From Paludibacteraceae bacterium (GTDB lineage: Bacteria; Bacteroidota; Bacteroidia; Bacteroidales; Paludibacteraceae), in the NCBI GenBank assembly GCA_905233255.1, contig CAJOCN010000004.1:12868-76867 (forward strand): DNA of 64,000 nucleotides. The letters are read 5' to 3'. Shown one piece after another: positions 28,307 to 38,822 of this stretch. Numbering within the stretch: the stretch's first letter is position 1; each line of letters opens with the position of its first letter. The translations under genes were made by a program, and so were the position numbers. A model generated the notes under the pieces. The model saw only the letters and a list, made by a program, of their open reading frames with translations. It was not told where the DNA came from and searched no databases.

Positions 28307-28333
28307 TTCACAATTTATAATTTATAATTGAAA

Positions 28334-29212
28334 ATGAAAAAGGTATTAGTAATTGCCGCTGCGATGATGGCGGTGTTGATGTCCGCTTATGCGGAGGAGA
28401 AAAAGTCTCTCGTGACCTTCCAGTACGAAGCCGGCGCAGAAGTCGTCAGCTCGTATATCTGGCGTGGTCTGTACAACGGCGGTCTGAGTTTCCAACCGAC
28501 CGCCAGCGTGGGTTTTGACGCCGTGGATGAGGATATCCAGTTCCGCGTAGGTGTCTGGGCTTCGTTAGGTGCTTCCGACTGGCAGTTCAAGAAAGGTACG
28601 CCCGACGCCGACGGCAACAAGTACTACACGTATTTCGTGCCGGAGACGGACTTCATGGCGAGTCTGCGTCTGTGGGGTGCTACCCTGGGTGTAACCCACT
28701 ATTACTACTACGGCGGCGCACCTTTCTTCTCGGGCCTGACCGACGACGGCGGTAGCCAGACGGAGGTACAGATCGGTTATGACTTAGGACAGACATTGGA
28801 GAACGTGAACCTCTATTTCAACTGGTACTCCATCGTTGCCGGTAACGACGTTTACGAAGCAACAGACAAGGACGGCAATCCCTACGACAAACGCGCCTTT
28901 TCCAGTTACATCGAGATCGGCTACCGTCTGGATCTGATGTATGACATGACCTTAGAGTTCCAGCTCGGTATGACGCCGTGGAAGAGTCTCTACACGGACT
29001 ATGAAGGCGGTTTTGCAGTCAATAATATCTATGCCCGTTTCGGCAAGACATGGAACGTAAAGGAGATTTGCGACATCGAGCTCTTCGCATCGGGTAGCAT
29101 CAACACCTACAAAATAAACAAAGACAATCTCTTTGTCAATGCTGCCGGTGATGCCAAGATAGGCGGCACGCAGAGATTGAACGGTACCATCGGTGTTGGC
29201 TTCTGGTTCTGA
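28334..29212 (+). CDS. Outer-membrane beta-barrel, TorF-like putative porin (paralog of upstream gene)
   Basis: VSSYIWRG, SSYIEIGY, GMTPWKSLY, terminal F. Confidence 0.75.
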   Translation: MKKVLVIAAAMMAVLMSAYAEEKKSLVTFQYEAGAEVVSSYIWRGLYNGGLSFQPTASVGFDAVDEDIQFRVGVWASLGASDWQFKKGTPDADGNKYYTYFVPETDFMASLRLWGATLGVTHYYYYGGAPFFSGLTDDGGSQTEVQIGYDLGQTLENVNLYFNWYSIVAGNDVYEATDKDGNPYDKRAFSSYIEIGYRLDLMYDMTLEFQLGMTPWKSLYTDYEGGFAVNNIYARFGKTWNVKEICDIELFASGSINTYKINKDNLFVNAAGDAKIGGTQRLNGTIGVGFWF

Positions 29213-29245
29213 TGAAAGACTGAGAACATAGAAGACCCTTCCCGA

Positions 29246-29263
29246 CCTCCCCTAAAGGGGAGG
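29246..29263. repeat. REP-like palindrome CCTCCCCT-AA-AGGGGAGG
   Basis: Perfect 8-bp inverted repeat in intergenic DNA. Confidence 0.55.
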
Positions 29264-29301
29264 AGAAAAAAGCAAGAAAGTAGAGAATTTAGGATTGGAA
29301 T

Positions 29302-30360
29302 ATGGACAGACGGAAAGCTCGGATAGCAAGTGCGCTGATAGCCCTTGTAGTGGCGACGGTGTTCCTTCTCCTTCGGGATGAGGAGCCGTCGTTGCAGTTG
29401 TACCACAATGAGGGAAAGATGTTCGGCACGTACTACAACATCCGTTACCGGGGTACGGAGGATCTGCAAGACAGCATTCAGGCTGCTTTTAAGGCGTTCG
29501 ACAACAGTCTCTCGATGTTCAACCCGCACTCCACCCTCTCTGCCGTCAACGCCAACCGCGACACGGTGACTGACCCTTATTTTGAGGCGATGTGGGCGGA
29601 AGCGGAAAAGGTATATACCCTCTCCGACGGAGCTTTCGACATTACCGTCGCGCCGCTGGTGAACTACTGGGGTTTCGGAACGAAAAAGTCCAACAGCGCA
29701 AGCGGTCTTACAGGCGAAGCCGGTCTTTCAGCAGAGCGGTCTGACAGCGTTAGCGGTCTATTAGCGTTTGTGGGTTTTGAGAAAGTGCAACTGATTGACC
29801 ATAAGGTCGTTAAATCCGACCCGCGGGTACAGATAGACGGCGGAGCCGTAGCCAAAGGGCAAGCATGCGACATGATTGCCGCACTACTAAGCGGGCACGG
29901 ATGCGAGAACTACCTGGTGGACATCGGCGGCGAGATAGTGGCACAGGGAGAACGCGAGCCCGGAGAACCGTGGCGCGTGGGCATCACCAAACCCAAACTC
30001 AATAACGAAGGGGCAGAGAAAGACCTGCAGGAGATTCTGGCTGTCCGCAGCATATGTATGGCTACCAGCGGCAACTACCGCAATTTCTACTACGCCGGAG
30101 AGGAGCGCCGCAGTCACACCATCGACCCGCGCACCGGATACCCCGTGCAGCACTCCGTTCTCTCCGCAACCGTGGTTAGCACGTCCTGTATGCGGGCAGA
30201 CGCACTGGCTACCGCCTGTATGGTGCTCGGCGAAGAACAAGCACTCGAGATGATCGACCATGCCGGAGACGCTGCCTGCTACCTGTTAGTCGCTAAAGGA
30301 GACAGTTTAGTGGCTGTTCCTTCACAAAATTGGGCGAAAACACTCGAAAAATCAAAATAA
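29302..30360 (+). CDS. apbE: FAD:protein FMN transferase ApbE
   Basis: FGT.Y, GAFDITVAPLV..WGFG, AKG, DIGGEI, ATSGNYR, HTIDPRTG, ADALATA. Confidence 0.93.
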   Translation: MDRRKARIASALIALVVATVFLLLRDEEPSLQLYHNEGKMFGTYYNIRYRGTEDLQDSIQAAFKAFDNSLSMFNPHSTLSAVNANRDTVTDPYFEAMWAEAEKVYTLSDGAFDITVAPLVNYWGFGTKKSNSASGLTGEAGLSAERSDSVSGLLAFVGFEKVQLIDHKVVKSDPRVQIDGGAVAKGQACDMIAALLSGHGCENYLVDIGGEIVAQGEREPGEPWRVGITKPKLNNEGAEKDLQEILAVRSICMATSGNYRNFYYAGEERRSHTIDPRTGYPVQHSVLSATVVSTSCMRADALATACMVLGEEQALEMIDHAGDAACYLLVAKGDSLVAVPSQNWAKTLEKSK

Positions 30361-30410
30361 ATTTGCATATCCCGAAAAAAAGCAGTACCTTTGCAGGCTA
30401 TTTTGGATAA

Positions 30411-31217
30411 ATGCGCACGAAAGCATACATCATATTACTGTTATTAACGGTGTTTCTCACGGGCTGTGGGGAATACCAGAAACTCTTGAAATCACGTGAC
30501 CCCGAGGAAAAATACCAAGCGGCGTTGCGGTATTTCAACGAGAAGCAGTATGTCAAGTCGCAGACCCTGCTGGACGATGTCAGCAATTACTACAGAGGCA
30601 CAGAGCGGTCGGAAGATGTGCTGGCGTATCTGGCACGCAGTTATATGGGGCAGAAGAGCTATGAGTCCGCCACCAGTTACTATCAGGCATATATCCGTAA
30701 CTACCCGAAAGGAAAGTATGCCGCCGAGGCGTATTTCCAAATCGGGCACTGCCAGTACCTCGACTCACCGGACGCCCGTCTCGACCAAGCTATCACACGC
30801 AATGCTATTGACGCTTTCACCCAGTTCGTGGAGCTCTACCCCGAGAGTCCGTATGCCGAGCAGGCATATCAGGAAATGAGTGAGATGTATGACAAACTGG
30901 CGCTCAAGGAACTCAAATCCGCACAGCTGTACTACAACCTCGGTACCTATTTAGGCAATAACTACCTCAGCTGCGAGATCACGGCGAAAAACGCACTCAA
31001 GAACTATCCCAGCAACAAGTATCAGGAGGATTTCAGCTGGCTGATCCTGCAAGCCAAGTACCAGCAACTGATCAATTCCTTCGAGGAACGCAAGATTGAG
31101 CGCGCTCGCGATGCACAGGACGAATACTACAACTTCGTCACCGAGTACCCCAACTCCAAACACCGCAAGGACGCGGAGAAAATGATGCAACAGATACGCA
31201 AATATACACAACAGTAA
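30411..31217 (+). CDS. bamD: Outer membrane assembly lipoprotein BamD
   Basis: Lipobox LTGC, TPRs, SPDARLDQ; synteny with rpoZ-coaBC. Confidence 0.9.
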   Translation: MRTKAYIILLLLTVFLTGCGEYQKLLKSRDPEEKYQAALRYFNEKQYVKSQTLLDDVSNYYRGTERSEDVLAYLARSYMGQKSYESATSYYQAYIRNYPKGKYAAEAYFQIGHCQYLDSPDARLDQAITRNAIDAFTQFVELYPESPYAEQAYQEMSEMYDKLALKELKSAQLYYNLGTYLGNNYLSCEITAKNALKNYPSNKYQEDFSWLILQAKYQQLINSFEERKIERARDAQDEYYNFVTEYPNSKHRKDAEKMMQQIRKYTQQ

Positions 31218-31236
31218 ATAATAAATACAAATCAAT

Positions 31237-31569
31237 ATGGATTACAAAAAATCAAAAGCACCCAAGAACACCATTACACGCGATTTGAACCAGCTCACCG
31301 AGCCGGTTGGAAACGTATATGAGATGGTGGCTATCATTGCTAAACGTGCCAACCAGATCAGCACAGGTATCAAACGTGAGTTAGATGCCAAACTGCAAGA
31401 TTTCTCCATTCCTCAGGACAACCTGGAGGAGACTTTCGAGAACCGCGAGCAGATTGAGATCAGCCGCCAGTACGAGCGTCTGCCCAAACCGACCCTGATG
31501 GCAACGCAGGAGTTCATCGACGGCGAACTCGTATATCGCTCCGGCAACCGCGACGAGGCGTTGAAATAA
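31237..31569 (+). CDS. rpoZ: RNA polymerase omega subunit
   Basis: [32 protein letters not shown]. Confidence 0.9.
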   Translation: MDYKKSKAPKNTITRDLNQLTEPVGNVYEMVAIIAKRANQISTGIKRELDAKLQDFSIPQDNLEETFENREQIEISRQYERLPKPTLMATQEFIDGELVYRSGNRDEALK

Positions 31570-32781
31570 ATGCTCCAAGGCAAACACATCTTAGTGGGTA
31601 TCAGCGGCGGGATTGCTGCGTATAAAATACCTGAACTGATTCGTCTGCTCACCAAAGCCGGCGCCGAAGTGAAGGTGACTACAACGCAGAACGCCCTCCA
31701 ATTTGTTACCGAACTTACCCTGCAGACCGTCTCGGGAAGCAGGGTTTATTCCGATGTGTTCGCCGCCATCAACGACCACTCCACGGAACATATCTCCCTG
31801 CCCGACTGGTGCGACGCCATGATCGTTGCGCCCGCCACGGCAAACGTCCTCGCCAAGATGGCAAGCGGCATTGCGGACGATGCACTGACCACCACTATCT
31901 GCTCCTGCGTAGCACGCAAACCGATGGTGATCGCGCCCGCAATGAACGATAAGATGTGGGAGAACCCCGCCGTACAAAACGCTATCTCCACCATCCGAGG
32001 ATGGGAGAACGTTACCGTTCTCGAGCCCGCCGAAGGACTTTTAGCCTGTGGCACCAGCGGCAAAGGAAGAATGCCCGAGGTTGAGGAACTGCAGGAAGCC
32101 GTCAGATACGCACTGACGGAGCAATCCATGCGCGGCAAACACGTGCTCATTACCGCCGGCGGAACACAGGAGAAAATCGACCCCGTGCGGTTCGTCAGCA
32201 ACTACTCTACCGGAAAGATGGGCATCGCCCTCGCCGAAGCCTGCGCGCAAAGAGGCGCAGAGGTGACACTCGTCTGCGGACATATATCCGCCCCCATCCA
32301 CAACCCCATGGGACGGATCACACGTATCGACGCGCTCTCCGCACAGGAGATGTACGAAGCATGTACCAAAGCCTGGCCGACTCATGAGATAGCTATTCTC
32401 TCTGCGGCAGTAGCTGATTTCACCCCCGCAGACCCCGCCCCCGAGAAAATCAAGAAAGTCCCCGGGCAAGACACCATGAATCTGAAGATGGTCCTTGCGC
32501 CGGACATAGCCAAGGCCTTAGGCGAATCCAAACGAGCCGGACAACAGCTGATTGGTTTTGCACTGGAGACACAAAACGAAAAAGAGAATGCGCTCCGTAA
32601 ACTGGAACGCAAACACATGGACGCTATTGTGCTCAACTCCCTCAAAGACGCCGGAGCGGGCTTCGGGACGGACACGAATCGTGTGACGATACTGAAATCA
32701 GATGGGCAGTCGATCCTACTACCGTTGCAAACTAAAGCAACGATAGCCAACCAAATTATGGCGCATTTATGCGCTGAATAA
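31570..32781 (+). CDS. coaBC: Phosphopantothenoylcysteine decarboxylase/ligase CoaBC
   Basis: GGIAAYK, APATAN, PAMN, GKGRM, ITAGGT.E.IDPVRF..N.STGKMG, GFALET. Confidence 0.95.
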   Translation: MLQGKHILVGISGGIAAYKIPELIRLLTKAGAEVKVTTTQNALQFVTELTLQTVSGSRVYSDVFAAINDHSTEHISLPDWCDAMIVAPATANVLAKMASGIADDALTTTICSCVARKPMVIAPAMNDKMWENPAVQNAISTIRGWENVTVLEPAEGLLACGTSGKGRMPEVEELQEAVRYALTEQSMRGKHVLITAGGTQEKIDPVRFVSNYSTGKMGIALAEACAQRGAEVTLVCGHISAPIHNPMGRITRIDALSAQEMYEACTKAWPTHEIAILSAAVADFTPADPAPEKIKKVPGQDTMNLKMVLAPDIAKALGESKRAGQQLIGFALETQNEKENALRKLERKHMDAIVLNSLKDAGAGFGTDTNRVTILKSDGQSILLPLQTKATIANQIMAHLCAE

Positions 32782-32785
32782 GGTT

Positions 32786-33169
32786 TTATTTGAAGATTCC
32801 GAAGAGGCCTTTTCTCTTAGGCTCTTCCTCCTCAACAGGAGCCTCTACAGACGCTTCTTCACGTGCCTCCGGTACCCATTCCGGACGAGACTCAATCTCG
32901 CCTAACTGGTTCTGCACATAAGCTATTACATCTTGCAGGCCTTCCGTAAAGTGAGCAAAATCTTCTTTGTAGAGGAATACTTTGTGTTTCTCGAACGAAG
33001 GAGCCTCTCCTTCCTCGCTCTGACGACGCTTGCTCTCCGTGATCGAGAGATACAAATCGTTGTTACGCGCTTTGCGCACATCCAAATAGTAGATACGCTT
33101 TCCGGCCTTTACTGAACGGCTATACACGATCTCTTGCTCGCGTCTTTCTTCTTGGCTTTTTTCCATCAT
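32786..33169 (-). CDS. DUF3276 family (Pur-alpha-like) nucleic-acid-binding protein
   Basis: KAGKRIYYLDV, LSITESK, FEKHKVFLYKEDF. Confidence 0.88.
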   Translation of the reverse strand: MMEKSQEERREQEIVYSRSVKAGKRIYYLDVRKARNNDLYLSITESKRRQSEEGEAPSFEKHKVFLYKEDFAHFTEGLQDVIAYVQNQLGEIESRPEWVPEAREEASVEAPVEEEEPKRKGLFGIFK

Positions 33170-33196
33170 TTATCAGAATTTTGTATAAAAACGCTG

Positions 33197-33244
33197 CAAA
33201 GGTACGATTTTTTTTGGATATATGCAAATTTTTTTGTATCTTTG
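33197..33244. promoter_or_regulatory. Overlapping divergent sigma-A promoters (DUF3276 / nusB)
   Basis: CAAAGGTA 33197, TTTG 33213, CAAA 33225, TATCTTTG 33237; 20-nt spacers on both strands. Confidence 0.75.
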
Positions 33245-33304
33245 CACGATTTTTTAGTTACGCGCGCTGTGCGCGTGCACATGCGAACATTATAAAAAGT
33301 ATAT

Positions 33305-34258
33305 ATGATTAACAGAACAATGGTCCGAACGCGCGTTATACAAACGCTGTTCGCTTACTACCAAGACGAGGAAAAAACGGCCGGAACGGCACGTAAGGAG
33401 TTGACGAAAAGTTTCGCAGACACCTATGACTTGTATTTTGCGTTACTGGATTTTGCGAACGAGCTCACGGCGTACGCGCAGAAACAACTCGAGGAACAGA
33501 TCGCACGGGCAAAAGCCACCCACTCCAACTGGCAGGCCAACAGGCGTTTCGTGCGGAACAGGCTGGCGCAGCAGATTTTCGACAACCGCGCACTCCGTAC
33601 CCGTGTACAAGAGCAGAGACTGAGTTGGGACAGTGGTATGTCCGCCATCATTGACACCTATAAAAGGCTGACGGAGAGCGATTTCTACCGCGAGTACATG
33701 GAGGCGGAGACCTGTTCATACGAGGATGACAAACGGGTCTGGAGACTGATCTATCAAAACCTGCTGACCAATAACGATGCGTTGGCGGAAGCCCTCGAGG
33801 AAATGGAACTGGTGCTCGATAAGACCAACTGGGCGATGGACGCAGATATCGTACTTAGTTATGTGATCAAGACCATCAAGCGCTTCAACGCAGAGAGCGA
33901 TCCCGGCACGCCGTTATTGGAGATGTTCGACAGTGAGGACGAGTGGCAGTTCGCCACCACACTGCTCCAGAAAGCCATTGAGGGACACGCTCAGTATGAG
34001 CAACTGATCAATACCCACCTCAAGGGCTGGGACGCAGACCGTATTGCGTACATGGACCGCGTCATCATCGAGACTGCTCTGGCGGAGATCCTCGAGTTCG
34101 AAGAAATAGCCCTGACTGTCTCCATGAACGAGTACATTGAGTTAGCCAAGACTTTCTCCGGCGACAAGAACTACATGTTCATCAACGGTATCCTCACGGA
34201 GATCCTTCGCGACCTCAAGAACGACGGTGCATTCTTCAAAGTTTTAGCACTGAAATAA
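33305..34258 (+). CDS. nusB: Transcription antitermination factor NusB
   Basis: MINR..VR.RVIQ.L.AY, WD.DRIA.MD, NEYIELAK, FINGIL. Confidence 0.92.
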   Translation: MINRTMVRTRVIQTLFAYYQDEEKTAGTARKELTKSFADTYDLYFALLDFANELTAYAQKQLEEQIARAKATHSNWQANRRFVRNRLAQQIFDNRALRTRVQEQRLSWDSGMSAIIDTYKRLTESDFYREYMEAETCSYEDDKRVWRLIYQNLLTNNDALAEALEEMELVLDKTNWAMDADIVLSYVIKTIKRFNAESDPGTPLLEMFDSEDEWQFATTLLQKAIEGHAQYEQLINTHLKGWDADRIAYMDRVIIETALAEILEFEEIALTVSMNEYIELAKTFSGDKNYMFINGILTEILRDLKNDGAFFKVLALK

Positions 34259-34276
34259 CATTTAATTTTTAACTAT

Positions 34277-34615
34277 ATGACACTCAATTTGATTTTATTG
34301 CAGGCAGAAGGCGCTGCACAGCAGAGTCAGTGGTCCTTCTGGATCATGATGATTCTTATTTTCGTAGTATTCTATTTCTTTATGATTCGTCCGCAGACCA
34401 AGAAGCAGAAAGAGCTTCAGGCGCAGCGCGAGGCTATGAAGAAAGGCGATAAGGTAGTGACCGCCGGCGGTATTTACGGCGAGATCAAGGAGGTTCAGGA
34501 AACCACTTTTATCATCACTATCGCTAAAGACGTCACCATCAAAGTAAGCAAAGACAGTGTCTTCGCAGACGCCGCTGACGCGCAGCAAGCTGCCGCTAAG
34601 GAAGAGAAGAAATAA
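34277..34615 (+). CDS. yajC: Preprotein translocase subunit YajC
   Basis: FYFFMIRPQ.KKQK, KGDKVVTAGGIYG. Confidence 0.95.
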   Translation: MTLNLILLQAEGAAQQSQWSFWIMMILIFVVFYFFMIRPQTKKQKELQAQREAMKKGDKVVTAGGIYGEIKEVQETTFIITIAKDVTIKVSKDSVFADAADAQQAAAKEEKK

Positions 34616-34631
34616 AGGCGAAAGGTTAGAG

Positions 34632-35546
34632 GTGAAACGGGACGTTTGGACATTTCTGCTCTTTCTCGTTCTGGCTACCGCCCTGTGGTATGGCCACGCG
34701 ATGCAGTCCGTGCGTAACACGCGCGTACCGGTATTGATCCAATATACCGGTAAACCGGGTGCTATCGGGCTCCAATCGCCGGGACTGCCGGACACCGTAA
34801 TGATCGAGGTACGGGACGCGGGTGCGCGACTCAATACATACCACCGCGATCCGTTGCGTCTAACCATCGATCTAAGGTCATATATCCATGGAGAGAAAGG
34901 TACCATTCATGTTCCGTCTGATGCTTTAAGACGCAGTATCAGCGATATTCTGCAGGGTACAAGCAGGCTCATTGAGACCCGCCCGGAAGAAATCTCCTGC
35001 GACTATTTCACCGAACAGGAAAAGAGCGTAATGGTGATCTTTGACGGAGAGGTGAATCCCGCGCGGGAATACCAACTGGTGAGCGGTCCCACTCTCTCCC
35101 GCAAGCGTATCAAGATTTACGGCGAGGACAAAACCCTCAACTCCATCGACACCATCTATACGGAGCCGGTGGTACTGGATAACCTGATGGACACTACAGA
35201 TACACGCCTCGCTATCATCACACCTCATAACACGCGGGCGGAGATCGACAGCGTTGACGCGCGCATCGTCACAGAGCGTTTCACGGAGAAGAAAATCATC
35301 GTCCCGATACACGTTAGAGGAGTACCGGAAGGCTGTCACATAAGGCTCTTCCCGAAAGAAGTGGAGGTCAACGCCCGCGTAGGCATCAGCCATTTCCAGC
35401 AGGTACAAGCCTCGGATATCAAAGCCACTTGTACCTATTCGCCCGGATATACGGACAAACTGGACGTCGATATCTATTACACCAACCCTTATATCACCAC
35501 GGCTTGGGCATACCCGAGCACGGTAGAATTTATATTGGAGCAATGA
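34632..35546 (+). CDS. YbbR-like (CdaR) domain protein
   Basis: N-terminal TM (TFLLFLVLATALW), TEKKI.VPI...VP....RLFP; synteny after yajC; GTG start. Confidence 0.8.
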   Translation: MKRDVWTFLLFLVLATALWYGHAMQSVRNTRVPVLIQYTGKPGAIGLQSPGLPDTVMIEVRDAGARLNTYHRDPLRLTIDLRSYIHGEKGTIHVPSDALRRSISDILQGTSRLIETRPEEISCDYFTEQEKSVMVIFDGEVNPAREYQLVSGPTLSRKRIKIYGEDKTLNSIDTIYTEPVVLDNLMDTTDTRLAIITPHNTRAEIDSVDARIVTERFTEKKIIVPIHVRGVPEGCHIRLFPKEVEVNARVGISHFQQVQASDIKATCTYSPGYTDKLDVDIYYTNPYITTAWAYPSTVEFILEQ

Positions 35547-36670
35547 GAGCAATTCAAATGGTAGACCTGCAGACGCAGTACCAACGCATCAAGCAGGAGA
35601 TAGACGCAGGAATAGAAGAAGTGATCTCTTCTGCTGCATTCGTCAAGGGGCCTAAAGTGACCGCTTTTCAGGAGCATCTGGAGGCATACACCGGAGCCAA
35701 GCACGTGATCAATGTCGGCAACGGTACCGATGCCCTGCAGATAGCCTTAATGGGGCTCGGGCTGAAGCCCGGAGACGAGGTGATTACACCGACTTTCACC
35801 TTCATCGCGACCGCCGAAGTAGTAGCGTTATTAGGTCTGACGCCGGTGGTAGTGGATGTGGAATGGGAGACGATGAACATGGATATCGAGTCCGTGAAAC
35901 GTGCTATCACTCCGCGTACGAAAGCCATCGTACCGGTGCATCTGTTCGGTCAGTGCGCTAATATGGAAGCCATCATGACTCTCGCCAAGGAGCATGGGCT
36001 TTATGTGGTGGAGGACGCGTGTCAGGCTATCGGTGCCCGATACACTTTCTCTAACGGAGAAACCAAACAAGCCGGTACAATGGGGCACATCGGTTGCACC
36101 TCTTTCTTCCCGTCAAAGAACCTTGGTTGCTACGGAGACGGGGGTGCTATTTTCACCAACGATGACGAACTGGCCTCCCGCATGAAAGCGATTGCTAACC
36201 ACGGCATGGTCGTTCGGTACCACCATGACATGATCGGAGTAAACAGCCGTCTGGATAGTATTCAGGCCGCTGTGTTGGATGCCAAACTACCCCATTTGAA
36301 CGAGTTTATCGCTGCCCGCCAGAAAGCCGCAGCATACTACGACGACGCTTTCCGCGGAAACAACAAACTCCTCATCCCCGGTCACGAAGCGCACTCGACA
36401 CATGTGTTCCATCAATACACTCTCCGCGTCATAGGCGCAGACAGAGATGCCTTACGCGAAGAATTATCAGCACGAGGCATTCCGGCTATGATATATTATC
36501 CGGTACCGCTCCACCAACAGAAAGCATACTTGGACCCGCGTTACAAAGACGGCGATTTCCCTGTGGCAGAACGCTTGGCCGGATGTGTTCTGTCGCTCCC
36601 GATGCACACCGAGTTAGACGAAGAGCAGTTGGCTTACATAACCCGTAATGTACTGGATTTAATCGGATAA
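35543..36670 (+). CDS. DegT/DnrJ/EryC1/StrS PLP-dependent aminotransferase
   Basis: NGTDAL, FTFIAT.E, VHLFGQ, EDACQA, SFFPSKNLGCYGDGG, NSRLD. Confidence 0.93.
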   Translation: MRAIQMVDLQTQYQRIKQEIDAGIEEVISSAAFVKGPKVTAFQEHLEAYTGAKHVINVGNGTDALQIALMGLGLKPGDEVITPTFTFIATAEVVALLGLTPVVVDVEWETMNMDIESVKRAITPRTKAIVPVHLFGQCANMEAIMTLAKEHGLYVVEDACQAIGARYTFSNGETKQAGTMGHIGCTSFFPSKNLGCYGDGGAIFTNDDELASRMKAIANHGMVVRYHHDMIGVNSRLDSIQAAVLDAKLPHLNEFIAARQKAAAYYDDAFRGNNKLLIPGHEAHSTHVFHQYTLRVIGADRDALREELSARGIPAMIYYPVPLHQQKAYLDPRYKDGDFPVAERLAGCVLSLPMHTELDEEQLAYITRNVLDLIG

Positions 36671-36672
36671 GT

Positions 36673-38181
36673 ATGCAGAAATTCGGAATACAACAGACCC
36701 TGACGCAGACAACCAAGTTGTCCCCCACCCAGATTCAGGTAATTCGCATGCTCGAGTTACCGTCCGTAGAATTGGGCCAACGGATTACGGAGGAACTGCA
36801 GGAGAACCCTGCTCTGGAAGAAGGCAAAGACGAAGATCTAACGCCCCAAGAGAGTTTGGATGAATTCGATGATAACTACCAACCGGATGACGGCTACGAT
36901 GATGGGCGTCAGCGCGATCCGCTGCAGAACGAGGATTTCAATTACGAGCAGTATGTCTCCGATGATGAGACTCCGAGTTATATGCTGCAACCGCAGTACA
37001 ACCCGGCGGATGAGGACCGACGCGAAGTACAATATATCGGCGGTAGCAGTCTCATTGAGGAACTCAAAGCACAGGTCTATATGACCCACATGACCAAGCC
37101 CCAGCGGCACATCGCCAAATGGGTTTTGGGCAATATTGATGATGACGGATACTTGCGTCGGACCACAGAGCAGTTGGTGGACGACCTGATGTTCCAGGAG
37201 CAGATATCCGTTACGGACGAAGAGATGGCGGACATCGTCGCGCAAATCAAGCGTTTCGACCCGCCCGGCATTGCTGCCGCTAACCTGCAGGAGTGCCTCT
37301 CACGACAACTGGAAGTGAAACTGGAAGAGCATCCTAACTCCGAGAGTCTGGGGTTTGCAGCGGCTATCATCCGGAACTATTTTGACGATTTCTCCAAACA
37401 TCATTTCGATAAAATTAAACAGCGTCTGGAGCTGGACGATGAGTCTTTCCAAGCCGCCGTGCAGGAGATTGTACGCCTCAACCAGAAACCGGCAAACGCC
37501 CTGACAGGCAACGTATATGAGACTCAGCGGCAGACGATTATTCCGGATTTCACCATCGAGGAGCGGGACGAAGAACTGTTCGTCGTGCTCAATACCGGCG
37601 ACCTGCCGGAACTGCATGTCAGCCGAGACTATCAGGAGATGTTAGACTCCTATAAATCGCTCCCGAAAGACCCGAAGACACGCGAGGCAACCCAGTTCAT
37701 CAAGCAGAAAATAGATGCTGCCCGCTCGTTCATCGATGCCATCAAGCAGCGTAACGAAACGCTCATGAAAACCATGACCGCCATCCTCAAAGCCCAGTAC
37801 GACTTCTTCCTGGACGGCGAGGAGAGCAGTCTCAAACCGATGATCCTGCAGGACATCGCAGACCGCACGGGATACGATGTATCCACCATCTCCCGCGTCA
37901 GCAACAGCAAGTATGTACAGACGCGGTTTGGTATCTATCCCCTCAAATATTTCTTCTCCGAATCGATGCTCAATGCCGAGGGAGACGAAGTATCCACACG
38001 TGAGATCAAGAAGCTCCTCAAGGAACTCATTGACTCGGAGGACAAACGCAATCCGCTGACTGACGAGCAGTTGGTGGAAGAGATGGGCAAACATGGTTAT
38101 CCTATCGCGCGACGCACGATTGCCAAATACCGTGAGATGCTCGGTATTCAGGTGGCGCGCCTGCGCAAACAGCATATTTAA
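36673..38181 (+). CDS. rpoN: RNA polymerase sigma-54 factor
   Basis: Q-rich region I, ENPALE, STISRV, RpoN box ARRTIAKYR. Confidence 0.96.
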   Translation: MQKFGIQQTLTQTTKLSPTQIQVIRMLELPSVELGQRITEELQENPALEEGKDEDLTPQESLDEFDDNYQPDDGYDDGRQRDPLQNEDFNYEQYVSDDETPSYMLQPQYNPADEDRREVQYIGGSSLIEELKAQVYMTHMTKPQRHIAKWVLGNIDDDGYLRRTTEQLVDDLMFQEQISVTDEEMADIVAQIKRFDPPGIAAANLQECLSRQLEVKLEEHPNSESLGFAAAIIRNYFDDFSKHHFDKIKQRLELDDESFQAAVQEIVRLNQKPANALTGNVYETQRQTIIPDFTIEERDEELFVVLNTGDLPELHVSRDYQEMLDSYKSLPKDPKTREATQFIKQKIDAARSFIDAIKQRNETLMKTMTAILKAQYDFFLDGEESSLKPMILQDIADRTGYDVSTISRVSNSKYVQTRFGIYPLKYFFSESMLNAEGDEVSTREIKKLLKELIDSEDKRNPLTDEQLVEEMGKHGYPIARRTIAKYREMLGIQVARLRKQHI

Positions 38182-38822
38182 TGAACGCTTTTCTCAACAT
38201 AATAGCCAAGACGCTGAGCGTGATTCTCTACCCGCTTTTCGTTCCGACTTACGGGGTGGTACTCTTCTGCCTCGCCCACGCGCTCCATACCGGTACACCG
38301 CTGCATTGGGTCTGGACTACTATTGCTATTGTAGGAACAATGCTACTGACCTGCGTGCTGCCTGTCACCGCCATTTGGATACTCAAGAAACGAGGTTTTG
38401 TAACGGACATGCAGATAGCCGACTCCCGAGAGCGCACGATGCCATATATCTACACCATCATGGGCTTTGGTTTCTGGGCATACCTCATGGTAGCCGTACT
38501 CAAAGCGCCACTATATCTATCATGTATCACCATCGGCGCAGTGGTAGCCATCACGCTCGTTACACTCATCAACCGCCGGTGGAAAATAAGCGCTCATCTA
38601 ACCGGCTTCGGCGGACTCGTAGGAGGCATGTTGTGTTACTGCCTCGGCATAGGTGGTATCCCCTCTTGGACGACGCTCGCCGTGTGGATGGGGATTTCAT
38701 GGATCCTTATGTGGGCACGTCTCTATCTGGACGCCCATACACCCGCACAAGTGTGTACAGGCTGGCTCTTGGGTATCGTTTGTACTTTTATACCCTATTG
38801 TATTCTCAGTTATGCGTTGTAA
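38181..38822 (+). CDS. Integral membrane protein (PAP2-like C-terminus)
   Basis: Multiple TMs, ERTMPY, WKISAH, ARLYLDAHTPAQV. Confidence 0.8.
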   Translation: MNAFLNIIAKTLSVILYPLFVPTYGVVLFCLAHALHTGTPLHWVWTTIAIVGTMLLTCVLPVTAIWILKKRGFVTDMQIADSRERTMPYIYTIMGFGFWAYLMVAVLKAPLYLSCITIGAVVAITLVTLINRRWKISAHLTGFGGLVGGMLCYCLGIGGIPSWTTLAVWMGISWILMWARLYLDAHTPAQVCTGWLLGIVCTFIPYCILSYAL

